Notes under the pieces: generated by a model
The model's input: the letters and a program-made list of their open reading frames with translations, nothing else
Databases searched by the model: none
What the model was told of the DNA's origin: nothing
Made by a program: the position numbers and the translations under genes
In this document: positions 51,801-64,000 of the stretch, piece by piece
Numbering within the stretch: position 1 is the first letter of the stretch
Layout: every line of letters starts with the position of its first letter
Source: Setoptus koraiensis
Taxonomy: Eukaryota; Animalia; Arthropoda
Direction of reading: 5' to 3'
DNA: 64,000 bases
NCBI GenBank assembly: GCA_048013815.1
Contig: CM106585.1
Span: forward strand, 17,918,001 to 17,982,000

Positions 51801-52766
51801 GCCGTTGCGCCCCACTGATGACCGTTGATGGTGGCAGATTGCGAGGTGCCCGTTATCAGCGATTTCGTGGACGAATCCGACGAGCTTCGGCGCGCGTTCA
51901 GGTAACTGCCGCGGGCCAGTTCTTTCGAGAAACCGCCAGAGCCATTGGTGGGTGACAAGCACTTTGTGCAGGCTTGTTGATTGTTGTCAGAGGGCGAGGC
52001 CTCGCCCTTCAGCGTGCCGCTAATGACCGCTTGTTGGTCGTCGTCGGCGCACTCGTTGCCGTCCTCTGGCGCCGAATGCAGGCTCTGATTTTCGAGAAAT
52101 TACACATTGATTTTCGACGAATTTTTTTTTTTCCAAGAAAAAGGCAACCAATAAACAAAACAATACATATGATATGAAATTATTTGCAAAATCAATCGGC
52201 GAAACCGAAGTATTTCGGGACAATTAAACAACACAATCTCGCTGTTTCGAACTCACCTTGTATGCCTTGCTCTGGAGACCACCGTAGGCCGAGCGAGCGT
52301 ACGAGCACAGATTGCTACATTTGGCCCGCAAACCGACACAGTTGTGCTGCTGGTCGGTACCCCGAAACAGGAAGTTGGCGTACTTGTGACCGCATTTCGC
52401 CGATGTCGAGTCGTCCTGTGCCAGCGATTGGTCGCTCGAAGACAATTGCTTTGTGAGCTTTTTGCTGTTGTTGTTGTTGCGTCGCACCAAGGTTATCAAA
52501 CCCGTGTATCTGATGATGATAATGGTCACCATAACGGCCAACAAGAACGCTATCACCAGTGACATGAGTCGCAGTTTTTCATGATGCTCTTGCACGAGGG
52601 CAGCCAGCGCACCCTGGTTGTCGACGCCGGTTGCTTGCGTCATCAATTTATGAGCACGACTTTTTAACCCGGTGATCGATGACTGTTTCTGCTGATTTCC
52701 GGTGCCAAAATCCAAAATGGCCGCCGCTGGCGTGTCGTCTTCATTGTTGGCCCCAAAGAGCGCGTC
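48834..52766 (-). CDS. PTPRN: Receptor-type tyrosine-protein phosphatase-like N (IA-2/phogrin family). Exons 52766-52257, 52084-51743, 51632-51273, 51117-50825, 49264-49146, 48979-48834; tentative upstream exon 53089-52844
   Basis: All GT-AG junctions join in frame. Family motifs: TM segment [31 protein letters not shown]|SYMEEHL, KNR...[29 protein letters not shown]|[28 protein letters not shown], and the IA-2 C-terminus [13 protein letters not shown]...[14 protein letters not shown]. Confidence 0.93.
49711..49810 (+). repeat. 9-bp GGC-NNN-NNN tandem repeat (Gly-X-Y coding potential) inside the 1.56-kb IA-2 intron, antisense to the host gene
   Basis: Units: GGCCCCATT, GGCCCCATC, GGCTGTGTC, GGCCCCATT, GGCCGCGTC, GGCTGCGTC, GGCCCCATC, GGCCGCGTC, GGCTGCGTC. 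Confidence 0.85.
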
Positions 52767-54314
52767 CTAGATACAAGATGATAAAATTAATTAATTGAGC
52801 GCACGAAAAAATGCAAAGCACAAAAAAAATGTCACGTCATTACTTGATTGGCTTGATTGGTCAAAAGGTTACGAGGTCGGGGGCCTGGGGGAGTGTGCCG
52901 GCTTGACAGTTGACATTTCCACTTGAGACGACGCGCAAATAGGAAACGAAAAGTTGAACTCAATCGGACAATACGAACAACATTCACGCGCAAATAGTTT
53001 ACCAAGTGCGGGATAGGTCGGTTCGGCTCGTGCGACAATTGCACAAAATGCGGCAAAATGCCCGGTGAATATCCATCCGCGTCACTCATGGATCCCCTTC
53101 GCGATTCATGAGTGACGAATATTCACCACTTTAATACTGTTAATAACTTGTCGAGCGGGCGCCCCGAAACGAAAGACCGCCAGAGGCGCTCTAGAGGCAC
53201 GCTTTAATTATCAAGTTTCCACGGCACACAAACTGGCTGTTGTGTGGCGTAATATCGGCGAAGAAAGCAATAAAATGCGAGCTTGTGTTCAGGCGCTAGT
53301 CGGCATTGTTGGCGGTGCTAATATTGTAAAAAAAAGCGCCTACAACTGACATGGCGGGGGATATGTGCCAGATTTGCACATGCGAACGCGGGCCGGATAA
53401 TGCGCGAATTGGAACAGAAATTGGAAAAATTCTCGGAATTGGAATCGAAATTGAATATTCACACATGTACTATTTATACGCGCATAGCTAATTTGAACGG
53501 CACAGGCACGGCGCACTTGTACGTGTGTGTGTGTATGCAAATTGCACTTTTAGACGGCACGGGCCCCATGTTGGCCCATGGGTGGGCACTGCAATTCAGG
53601 GCAGCACGTGAATAGATTTTTGTCGGCGCGCTGATGAATGAAATCAGCGGGCATAAAACAATTTCAATTGAGCTCTTATTTATCTCTAGCAGCTCCTCAA
53701 CCGGCACCAAACAACCGCATCACGCGCCGCCTACCGTCCATCGCACAAAACCAATACATCACGCAGCGATATTGGCCGGTGGGGGCCCCGCTCAAAGGTG
53801 ATAGACTGACTTATAAGTGATTCATCTTGTTTGCGTGTGTGTCCCCATGTGGGTCGCTGTGTGTTGTTGTTGAACTAATTATAATTTAATTTTATATAGG
53901 CTATTCATTTGGGAGCGGCTGGGAGTGTTGTGAGTTTGGCGCACAAGCCAACACAAACAGATAGCTAGCTGGCCGCACAAGCTGCCACCCAGAGGCTCGG
54001 CGCCCCAATCTGCGCGATCGCTCGGCGAGCTATTGAGTGTGTGTTGTGATTGTAGTGGTGGGCTGTTAACGGTTGGCCGTGTTGTATATTGCGCAACACG
54101 AACCGTTCACAGACAAACACACAGCAGCGGTGGCATGTGTAAAAAATCATCATGATTTACCTGAGTTTGCCTGTAGCCCAACATGGCCGCTACTTGAGCC
54201 TTGTTTGGCTCCCTCGCTTTCGCTCCCTTTCTCCCCTTCTCCCCCGCTCTGGTCTGGTAATCGTGTTTGCTGTGCCAGCAAAACTACTTATATACCGTGC
54301 TACTTATATATAAT

Positions 54315-54346
<32 letters not shown>

Positions 54347-54411
54347 GTAGACAGGCCCCCCGGCGAAGCCATATCGCTGACAGTTGGCCGCCGCCACTAG
54401 CAACACTACCT

Positions 54412-54450
54412 AAATATACGGCAAATATACGGCAAATATACGGCAAATAT
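54412..54450. repeat. 11-bp tandem repeat AAATATACGGC x3.5
   Basis: Read directly. Confidence 0.9.
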
Positions 54451-57342
54451 CCAGATATAGACACAGCCACTGCAGAGGCCCCATGGTCGGCCCAACAGCC
54501 GCCTCTACGATCGCCAGCCGCCAGTAGGTAGATAAACATACATGCCCGGCTGGCTTATCCCCCAGATGAAAGCTCACAATGACACAAACAAATTGAGTGT
54601 CAATTTAATGTTTGTCGATGTGCGCCTGCTGCCGTCGATGATTCAACATAATCCGATAGTGTGTGTGTGTGTGTGTGTCTTACCGATACGCAATGACGGG
54701 ATCATTCACTGGCATAACGTGAATATCATTGTGACTTATGCTCGCCGCTGTTGGTGCCGCTGCCTCTATCCGATACTCGATACTCGACGGAGTCTATCGA
54801 GTATCAGTTAGTTGTTGGACACCGAGGGCGCTAGTTAACACAGGTAACAACGACAACAACACCCACAACAATATGTGTGATATAATAATAATGAGCCTCG
54901 CCACATCGACCGTTTCATTGGCCACCAACGCATGTCAAGTCGCTATTCGCGAATAAATAATTCCCCCCCCCCGCCGCTTGTGGGCACCGTGCGAAACGCG
55001 CCCACGCTCGTGACATTTATCTATCGGCTCATTTTGGCCCGATTGAGACCTGCATGGCCTGGTATTATACGTATATAAATATACATAATACACTCTCAAA
55101 TATGATGGATGATATCGAGCTTAATTAGAGACCAAATAAACACCAAGTAAAAACAAACGACAAATTGGATCGAGCAGCCGCTCGATGGGCACCATTGAAT
55201 GGTGGCGACGTCTAGAGACACGGTCGCGTCTGATCGCGAGTTGCGCAGCTCCAATCAATTTGTTTCTGTCCAACGGTTTGAGCAACGATTCAGACGGTCG
55301 AAATATATGAGCCGAAATGAGAAATATATAATGTGAATAAGCCGATGCCGAGCGCTCATTGTTCGGCTCAGCTCATCGATAGCCGTTTAATTCATTTTCG
55401 CAATCTCCGAAACAAATTCGGCGACGATCGCACCGGATCGCGGACAGCTGCCGATCGAGCTTTGGATTTTCGACGGCGGACAAAATCTCGGCTATATGTC
55501 ATAGTTTGTCGTGCCAAAATGAGAGCGAATGCCGCAACTAAGCCGCTGATTTTTTTTTTCTCGTTGCCCGCGTAAAATGAACCCAGAAACAGCCCTCGCT
55601 ACTCAAGTTGAGTAACTCAACACATTCGCTCGATAATGCTCTAGCGAGGGGCACGCGCGCCACCGACGGAAACCGAAAACAAACTGGCCCGCGCTAGCTT
55701 AATTATGGCGCCTCTGGGCGGCCAATCGGATGAGATCGACAAATAACGCAGCAAAAAAAATAACGGCCTAGTGTGGCGCTGAGTGGGCGACACTAGTGAC
55801 ACTCTTTTGGCAGTCGGTCGCTGTTCGTCGTGACACAAAATGTAGCCACAGAATGGGCAAGAAAAGCGGGTTTGCCCCCGTTCTCGCATAGACCCATCTT
55901 GTTGGTGCACTCTATTAGTAATTCCAGCTATTTGGACGAGTTGACCAGCTCTCTTCATCGCAACGCTCACAATGGATGCTCGTTGGCATCGTTTTCCGGT
56001 TCCGTCACTTGTCAGCGAGCGAGAGAGAGAGCGAGAGAGAGGCTTGTTAGGCAACTATTAACAGTGAATGAAAATTGGAACAAGGTAAAACTGCAATCAG
56101 CACGATTTGTGTATTGTATTCTGTACACGGTGTGTGCACAACACGGCATGTATACAACAGATACCATGACGATTATTTGCGACAACAACGGCTCCTTCCT
56201 GTTTTTTTCACCTCACTTGAGCAGCGAGTAAAATTGTTTTTTTTTCTCGCGAAAAAATCACTGATGATGAATACTATCACTCGGACTCAATTCGATGGCT
56301 CGCCCACCGAATTGGGTCATTTCGCTGCTGATTGATTGAAACGCACGCACCCACTAATGAGCCGGATAACGCCCCCACTGAAACCCAAACCCAACTAAAG
56401 CGTTAAAGATCCCCGAAATGAAAACCCCGAATTGGGCTCATTCGAAACTCGCGCAATCGCTTCGAATTCAATTCGAATTTGCCACTGGTCGCCACTGGTT
56501 TCCACTACGTGCAGTGGCGTGCACCGGTTTGCACGTGCCCCCACTGCTGTGTGTCTTTATCGGGCGTTTCATCGCCGCGAATGAATTGATTGCAATGCCG
56601 ATTCGATTGCAATCGGATCTTGTCTGTCGGCCGCTCAGCGGTGCCCCTATCTCGTGTTCGACGACGCCAAAAATCCATCCACTGGGTGAACAGGGCAGGT
56701 ACAGGTATTTTGGCGTGCATGGGACGCACAATCTCGATTCAACAATCTACTATTGAGTTCACAAACTGGCACCACTTTCACTGAGGGGACACTGCTGGCG
56801 AACAACAGATAAACGGGCGGCTATCTCATGCGAGTGGCCCGTGCCGCTTCGGGCAAACTCGTCGGGTTGACCGTTAGTTGTGTCGAGCCAATATGTGCCG
56901 CCAAATGGAAGAGAGAGAGCGGGCGATATTAATGCCTGATCATTATGGCTTCACGTGCTCACGTGTCCGGGGTGCAGTTGGTGAGAGCGCCGCGCACCCG
57001 AAAACAGGTTGCTCGTTGGCGGGTATAAATTTGACAGCGGTTAAGTGATATCGCGTGCTTCGTAAATCAAAGAGAACAGATTAAATTAATGGAGCTGTCA
57101 CTAGCTGTCATGGCGACATATACGCAAATGTCGGCTGGCTAATATGCTCTGGTCGGTCGGCTTTTCTCGAGTCGAATCCGGTTTGTTGATCGGAGGTGGC
57201 TCGTACCTGCTCTGCAGTTTGTATTTACGTGTGTCGCATTGCTAGCCAGTGAGTTTTTACAATTTACGTTAATCAATTAGTGGACGATGCTTGATTCGAT
57301 TGGCGCTGGCCGACGTTGCGATAGCGGGCGCCCGAATGGTCT

Positions 57343-57453
57343 AATTGTTAAATTGTTAAATTGTTAAACTGTTTAATTGTTAAATTGTCTATTGGTTGAA
57401 TTGTCTATTTGTTAAATCGTCTATTGGTTGAATTGTCTACTTGCTGAAATGTC
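57343..57453. repeat. AT-rich degenerate tandem repeat (AATTGTTA units grading into ~18-bp AATTGTCTATTGGTTG-like units)
   Basis: Read directly. Confidence 0.8.
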
Positions 57454-60311
57454 TTATCGTTAAAATGGCAAATTGGTAAGCTGTAAAATTGCTTGCTTTG
57501 ATGCTATTGTATTAGCGCTGATTAAAGATTAAATTTCAATACCACAATTTACCTATGCAACATGTTTAGAGAGGGCGCCCTCCGTATGGATAGACAGAGT
57601 GTGGCCACTCGCACCTGTCGGGCTAATGATGCATAAAGCTAAATTGTCGAATCAAAATCAATCAAGGTGTCAATTATTGGTTGATTGATTGCATAACACA
57701 TTGTCACAACACACGCGTGACCACAACAATATATTAATTAACGGGCAGACAGACGGACGCACACACACACTCGATTCGAGTGACTCGAATTAATTTCTGA
57801 GAATTTTCACTTCTTGACGACAACGATGATAAACGATTGGTGTGCGATGATGAAAAAAAATCACTTCTGCTACTGCTACTGGTGTGTGTGTGTGTTATGA
57901 TATCACCTAGCTGTCAACTGTTATTATTGCGCAACACAGGCGCACTTCATTGGGCCCCAATTTGTGGCGTGTTCTTTTGTTTGTTCGTGATTCATCACGT
58001 GCTCAACTGTGACACCAGAGCCTTATAATGATACACTGATGATTATGTTTAGCTGTGTGCGAGTGTGTGTGTGTGTGCTCTATTAGCGACGCTTGCTGCT
58101 TGGCTCGCGAGGTTGAGCACCCCAACGAGTGCGTGTTATTACGTTATTAAGTAGTTATTACGTAACTCTCTCTCTCTCTCTGCCTGCGTAACAGTGTGTT
58201 TGTGCCCAAAGCGGAAAGGCCATTGACAGTTGCTAGTGAGTGATAAAGTGAGGCCGCTCTCTCGCTCTCTATCTGGCCACTGGCCACCGACGGGCTCGTT
58301 GGGCAAGCCAGAAGCGCCCCTCGTGCCCACGGTGCGCAATAAATCAAAATACACTGCCAGACAAGACATTATTATCATTGCGCTGGCGCTTGTTCTAGTC
58401 TCTGGATATACCGTTAGTTTATACCGCTAGCTACCAGCTACCAGGCCACTAATACCGCCAGTGCTAGAGGTACCCAGTGAATATACCCAGCGAGCCACAC
58501 GATACAGCAGCGCGATATAGCGGCGGTGGCACGTCAGAATAACAAATTAGAGGCACAGTGTGCCGTACACGTTTGCGCATTCTCATTACATAATCCGGCG
58601 TGACTAATACTCCGGTAAGTATTGCGCAACAAGGCAGCCGCTAACTGGCGCAGTACCGCCGCGTTGTCATGTGCACCATTGGCTGCCGCCATGATCGCAT
58701 ATGAACACTGCGCGCCGCGCCGAGCCGAGCCGCACCGCACCGCACTGCGCGTACCTTTGGCGCCAGTTGGCACGAGTGACCGCGAGTCCGCGGCATCCGC
58801 ACATTCCGCCAAAGTGCGCGCTGTCTGGCATATTACATAACTGGGCCAGCATAACGGGACGTCACACTATATATCCGCATATATATATATATGGCATCTA
58901 TATATACATACAGATATATCATGTCCCGTTATGTGGAGCCGCAATAAACTGACTGTCGCGCAGTGGCCACCAATGGCCAATAACACCCACACAATTGCGC
59001 AATCTGCAGCGAGCCTCATAACTGTCGCAATAAGTAAATAAGCTATCAGGCGATGATGCCGTTATGCCAGGTAATGGCGCCGCTGATGGGCCATTCATAC
59101 TCTATGCTGCAGTATAAATCTCTGCAGTACAAGTCTCTGCAGTATAGAGTAGCCAGTAGTAGAGATACCAGTAGTGAGATATGTGCTGTCGCATAGGTAA
59201 TAACATGTGAAATATTGGGCGCGATTGACGTCATTATTACATAATAACAGTGAACTAGTTTAATTAAGCGCCATGCACGCAATGAACCAACGGCCAGTGA
59301 GGCCAATAAAGCCAATACACAAATAAATAAATAAATGCATTTGCATGGTCTCAATTTCTCGCTCACTGTAAACGTCGCCCCCTAACTACTTTTGACTGCG
59401 TTTACGACACAAGCTGCGCGATCGCACAAAACAAATCAAAACGACTTATATTGGCCACTCATTCATGCCAGTATATTTATCACGGTCCCCCTCGGCTAGT
59501 GGGCGGCCAATGGTTGATGGCGAGCGCCTCGTTTATCCTATCCCCTGCCGCTTCTCGCTTCTGTCTGTCTGTCTGTTTGTCTGTTTGTTTGTTTGTCTAT
59601 CTGTCTTCGCCCATGTGTATGAATATTTTCGTCACAACACAATCTGGTGTCAACGCAGAGCGCGCGCCAGCAAAAATTAGCATAATAACTAGATCATACT
59701 CATTAATCCGGCACAGCCATGGCCGGCGTCACTCGAGTGATGCCAACTGCTTGTTTGTTTGTTGCTTGTTTATCAAGCCGCTAATTAGCTGCTTCAACAG
59801 ACAATGGTGCACCTGATCTAACGTTTGTTTATTTGTTGCATATCGTGCACAACCGTGAGCACAACTGAAACAAACCAAAAATTTGTCGCACTGATTTTGT
59901 ATAAATACACACAGAGAATATCATTAGTGGGCTCATCCGTGAGCTTCAATCAGGCGTAACCAGTCGCAAATTGAATGCAAACGCTGCTATAGACACAGCA
60001 GCGATGAGCTGCAAAAGTTTGTTTGTTTTTGCACACCAAACCATCGGAAAGCCATTGTTGAACCGGAAGTGCAATCGAGAAATCTGTTTGCTTGTGTTTT
60101 TTTTTTTTCGTTTTGCTTGAAAATTTTTCAGCATAAAAATATGCAGCAGGTCAGAAAAAATCAGTGAGTTCGGATATTTCGGTCGGACAAAAATGCGACC
60201 TTTTGAAAATTTGACTATTTAAAAATTCGTCCAAATTATTCGGACCTAAGTTCTAGTGTGATCTTGGCGACTTCAAGTCGCTAACATGTTGTTAGTGAGA
60301 ACAAAAAATAG

Positions 60312-60833
60312 CGTCGAGGCCCCTCATCGCCGTACGAACGAACAATTGTTGCTGGTAATGCAAATGTTGGTGTTATTTACACGGTTGAAGAACCAAGCAA
60401 AGAGCGTTATCACATGTTCAATCTTATGGATGCGGCACAGAAAGAAGGAAACAATCTGTTTAGCAAGCAAAAAGAATAATACGAGGAGTGCATTCGAAAC
60501 GGCAGAATTCTGATATTAAATCTCAAGTTATTCTGTCTAACAGTGGTTGGCGTTCGGTCTTACGGCATCGTCCAGTGCTGGGCTGGTGCGAAACGAAGCA
60601 CGATTGAGAATCGAACTTAAAATTCATCTGGATGGAAAGCGGTTTCTCGAAAGTATTTTCATTTCGCAATCAGCATATCAAATGCATTTTTTTCGATGCA
60701 CGAAAATTTCCAGCGAAGCCCCTCACATGCAATAACTGACCTGCACTACTGTTTTGGCGGTCTAAATATGCTCCTCGCAGCATTCTTTCTGTACCAAGCC
60801 ATTCATCCTCTTCTTTCTGTGGCGGGCCTATAG
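60312..60833 (+). pseudogene. Possible disrupted TPR co-chaperone (FKBP-TPR-like) relic
   Basis: One frame of ~170 codons with only two internal stops. It contains NVGVIYTVE...KERYHM...KEGNNLFSKQK(E*)YEECI, ILNLKLFCL and ENFQRSPSHAITDLHYC, which resemble by eye the FKBP-domain end plus TPR1-3 of FKBP4/5-type proteins. Confidence 0.35.
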
Positions 60834-62544
60834 GAATGAGCCGCTCTCCTCAGGGCTCTTCAACTATGCAAATCACACTGACATTGGCCCTACAAATAAC
60901 CTTCGTTGGTTTGTGCGTCGAATCGAAGGCCCGTCGCCAGTTTTTGTCATTGGCAAGTCAAGATGAGTGAGTGAGCGAAATTTCGGTTTGATTTTAGCAG
61001 CTTGTGTGACAAATTGTGCACGTAGCGGAGCCGCTATTAGGGTAGCCTTTTTGGGAAATTATCCCCAAAAGAAGAGGTTATCAAGGGTTGAAGAGGGATG
61101 GATTAACAGAATTGGGCGCGCGCGCGTGTGTGTGTGGGGGGCCCCAAAATAATGCACAATTGACATTTAAAAGAGAGCACAGGTGGAGAATTGTGGAGTT
61201 GAGCTGTCACGGTTGCAGTGTCAATCGTTTCGCTTGTCGGGATGAGCGCGGCCAGCGCGGTGTACGCCACGGACTGTTCTCGATTGACCGGCAATTTCGC
61301 GTTCGGCCGCCAGCGAAACTGCCACTGGGGGGGGGGGCCAGAGGGGCCCGATCGGAATAAGCGCAAGTGTTGTAGCGATCACTTTTTGACAAAAAGTGCG
61401 CCCGTTAGATCTTGAGTGATTTGGAAGTTGAATCAAATTGGATCAATTATTGCGCCTATTTGATTTCATTGGTGAGGCGCCACAGGGGCGCGCACAAACA
61501 AGCCGACAGCGTGCCGGCTGCCGGCAAGGCGGCTCATATTTGCGCGCCGTCGGTGTGTCGCACAACATACAAACTATGGCCACCGTGTTTGTTGTGAGTG
61601 CCCGACGACCACCATTACCTAATAATAATACCCGCGGCGGACGGCGCGGTATTTGTACGAGTGAGGGCCAGCGCACGGGCGAGTGTGCCACCAGCAATTT
61701 GGGCCCGCTGGGTGCTGCCTGTGCACTTCTGTTTATCCAGATATATACTCGGCGGCACGGGCACGCCGGAGACAGCCGTAGCAGATTAAATGCTCTCGCT
61801 CTGGTGAGCAACTTGAGTATATAAGCGAGTTGAGCCGCTTCGACACACAGTGGGCGCCCCCCTCAAACGGGCGCGCACACACACACACGCACAGTGGGGC
61901 CCAGCTGAAAAGAGATGGGCCCCACGTTATGTCATACCATCACCTGTGTGCTCGCTGTAGCGCCCATGTCATTGAGCGTCGCCCATGTCGCCGTTGGTTG
62001 CGTCACCGTTGCTGCTGGCCGGCAACGTTGGTTGGCGAGAATTAAATTGGAGCAGCGGGCCAGCGGCACCAATTGAATTGGTTGGGCAATTCAGTGATCA
62101 ATTGCGTCAGTTGTGGGGCCCGATTTGCGTCAATTGCGCCATTGCCATTGCAATCAATTGAAATAGTGCGCTAGTAACAACACGACAATAGTGGCGAGTA
62201 TTGTGCCAGATTATGTAAGAGCTCGCTCGGTCGTTGTCGCAGCTCTCATTTGTCAATCAATCGGCAGCGCCGAAAAAAAAAATGATGATCAAATAATGAC
62301 AAAAAATATGACACGATGATCATGACGACGACGCCCACCTGTACGGCCTCCGCCCGGCCGACGTTCGGGCCGGTGATGACGGGCACGACGACGCTGGCCC
62401 GCAACGGGCTATCATACATTCAGGCCTTTTGTCGCTTGTCGCTCACGACGCGTCGCCCCTCCCGCTGGCTCGCACACTCATCATGCTGCCACCGGGTACC
62501 GTCGTGCCGGCCATTGACGTACCGTAGCAGTGATAACAGCGCAA

Positions 62545-62673
62545 AACGGATAACGGATAACGGATAACGGATAACGGATAACGGATAACGGATAACGGAT
62601 AACGGATAACGGATAACGGATAACGGATAACGGATAATGGATAATGGATAACGGATAACGGACAACGGATAAC
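62545..62673. repeat. 7-bp satellite (AACGGAT) x~18, decaying into GCGGATA-like units to ~62765
   Basis: Read directly. Confidence 0.95.
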
Positions 62674-64000
62674 AGCGAGTTGTGGGCAACAACGAGCCAC
62701 GGGCAGCGGGTAGCGGATAGCGACGAGTAGCGGATAGCGGCGAGCTGCGGGTAGCGGACAGCGACGGGTCGCGGGCAACGGACCCTTCCCCCCTGGAGCG
62801 CCCCGAGAGCGAGTGTGAGCGAACGCGTTGACGGCAAACACTCGAAATCAAATTATTGTTGTCGCGCGAGAGTCGGGGGGGGGGCGCCACAGCGAATATG
62901 ATTATTATTATTAGTGTTACTATTATTATCACTGTCATCATCATTGTTGTTGCATCGGAGTAGACGGTGCGCAGCGCCACTGACAAGTGGCTGCCGAAGC
63001 GTGACACATGGACAAACTTTTTTACTTGTAAACATTAGACACTGATTGTCCAATTTGGGGCCCGAGCTGCTGGCTTGCGCAACAGCCCGGGCTGCAGTGT
63101 CACTGTCAGTGACGAGCACACAGCGACACACATGGGCCGGTCGGAATGGGCGCCAGAATTAATCACACAATAATGGCAACATCAATTATTGCAGCATCCC
63201 GGCCTCAAGTTGTTGCTGTGTGCGTATCATTACCGTTACTTGCCGTTACTGTCTCTGGCGCGCCTGTCACTGGGACAACTGTCATTGGGACAACTGTCAC
63301 ATAGGGTCGCTAGTGGGGCCGTTGCTGCTGTTGGCTGGCGCGGCATTATTATGCCGTGTTCATTTGACGTGTCGGCCCGCGACAACAACGACAGCGACAA
63401 CAGCGACAACGGCGACAACAGCAACTGCGACAGCGGCACAAGCGACAACAACGACCATGTCCAAACTAATGACGCCTCTAATCTCTTTAGCTTAGTGGGC
63501 TTAGCTGGCTGGCTGGCCGGCCGGCCGGCCAGCCAATGGCATATGGACTAATGACGACCGCTAGTCGGCGCGCCGGCGATCAGCGATTCACGTTTCCATT
63601 CACCTGTGTGCTCCACTTGTCACTGGGCTCAGCTCCGGCTCGCTTAACTCCGTTCGGCTCAGCTGGCTGGCATTAGCCAGCGCGGGGCCCCCGGCTTAGC
63701 TATCTGACCGAGCCAGAGAAGCGAGAGAGAGAGAGAGAGGCGACTTGTGATTAGTGCAAATTAGCGGCAGTGGCGCCGGTAGCAGCGCTGCGCAACGACC
63801 AACTTGAGATGATCCAACGCTGAAGTGCCGATACAACGGGCGCTGCCGACATAACGGGGCGCCGAGATTTGAGTTTAGCCGATGGCTGATATCCTGGGAT
63901 GCAGATTTTTCAATGCCGACACACACACACAATTTGTGTGACTGCTCACATGCTGGCCTCTTCATTATGTCTATTTGGGGCCTTTTTCGATCGGGTCAAA

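Noticed and set aside
53400-53615. Coiled-coil-looking ORF MRELEQKLEKFSELESKL
   Set aside because: It derives from a degenerate AATTGGA repeat, the rest runs through a GT microsatellite, and it has no splice or family support.
59046-59366. Hydrophobic - strand ORF as the IA-2 signal-peptide exon
   Set aside because: It starts at GTG, overlaps ATTT and 15-bp repeats, and I found no clear in-frame donor. Not supportable.
60640-60840. Dolichol-kinase-like words (RKYFH, PLLSVA, GMS)
   Set aside because: Spacing is not colinear with DOLK; likely chance.
39321-62673. CRISPR-like arrays among the short tandem repeats
   Set aside because: The units are contiguous with no unique spacers, there are no cas genes, and the context is eukaryotic.
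62316-63007. Long ORFs with (LSVIRYP)n
   Set aside because: They are translations of the 7-bp satellite in several frames at once.

Overview
Eukaryotic (arthropod, probably mite) genomic DNA in three parts. (1) 2-~1136: an intronless, 5'- and 3'-truncated piece of a PRMT7 arginine methyltransferase CDS. (2) ~1137-37394: a 36-kb block almost free of cytosine on the + strand (roughly 40% G, 30% T, 30% A in lines counted by hand). It is not random: one ~16.3-17.0-kb unit is repeated about 2.2 times with heavy indel noise. The best explanation is a degraded multi-pass or concatemeric long read built into the assembly, not chromosomal sequence. (3) 37395-64000: ordinary compact genome. It holds a relic and an intact copy of an orphan secreted-protein gene, a head-to-head inverted pair of 5S rRNA genes, a second orphan secreted-protein gene, a Gly-rich structural-type protein gene, an unusually long gustatory-receptor-like gene and a multi-exon IA-2/PTPRN gene. 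About 11 kb of largely non-coding DNA follows, rich in microsatellites and bZIP (D-box) motifs. Taxon and product calls come from recalled family motifs only; no searches were run.
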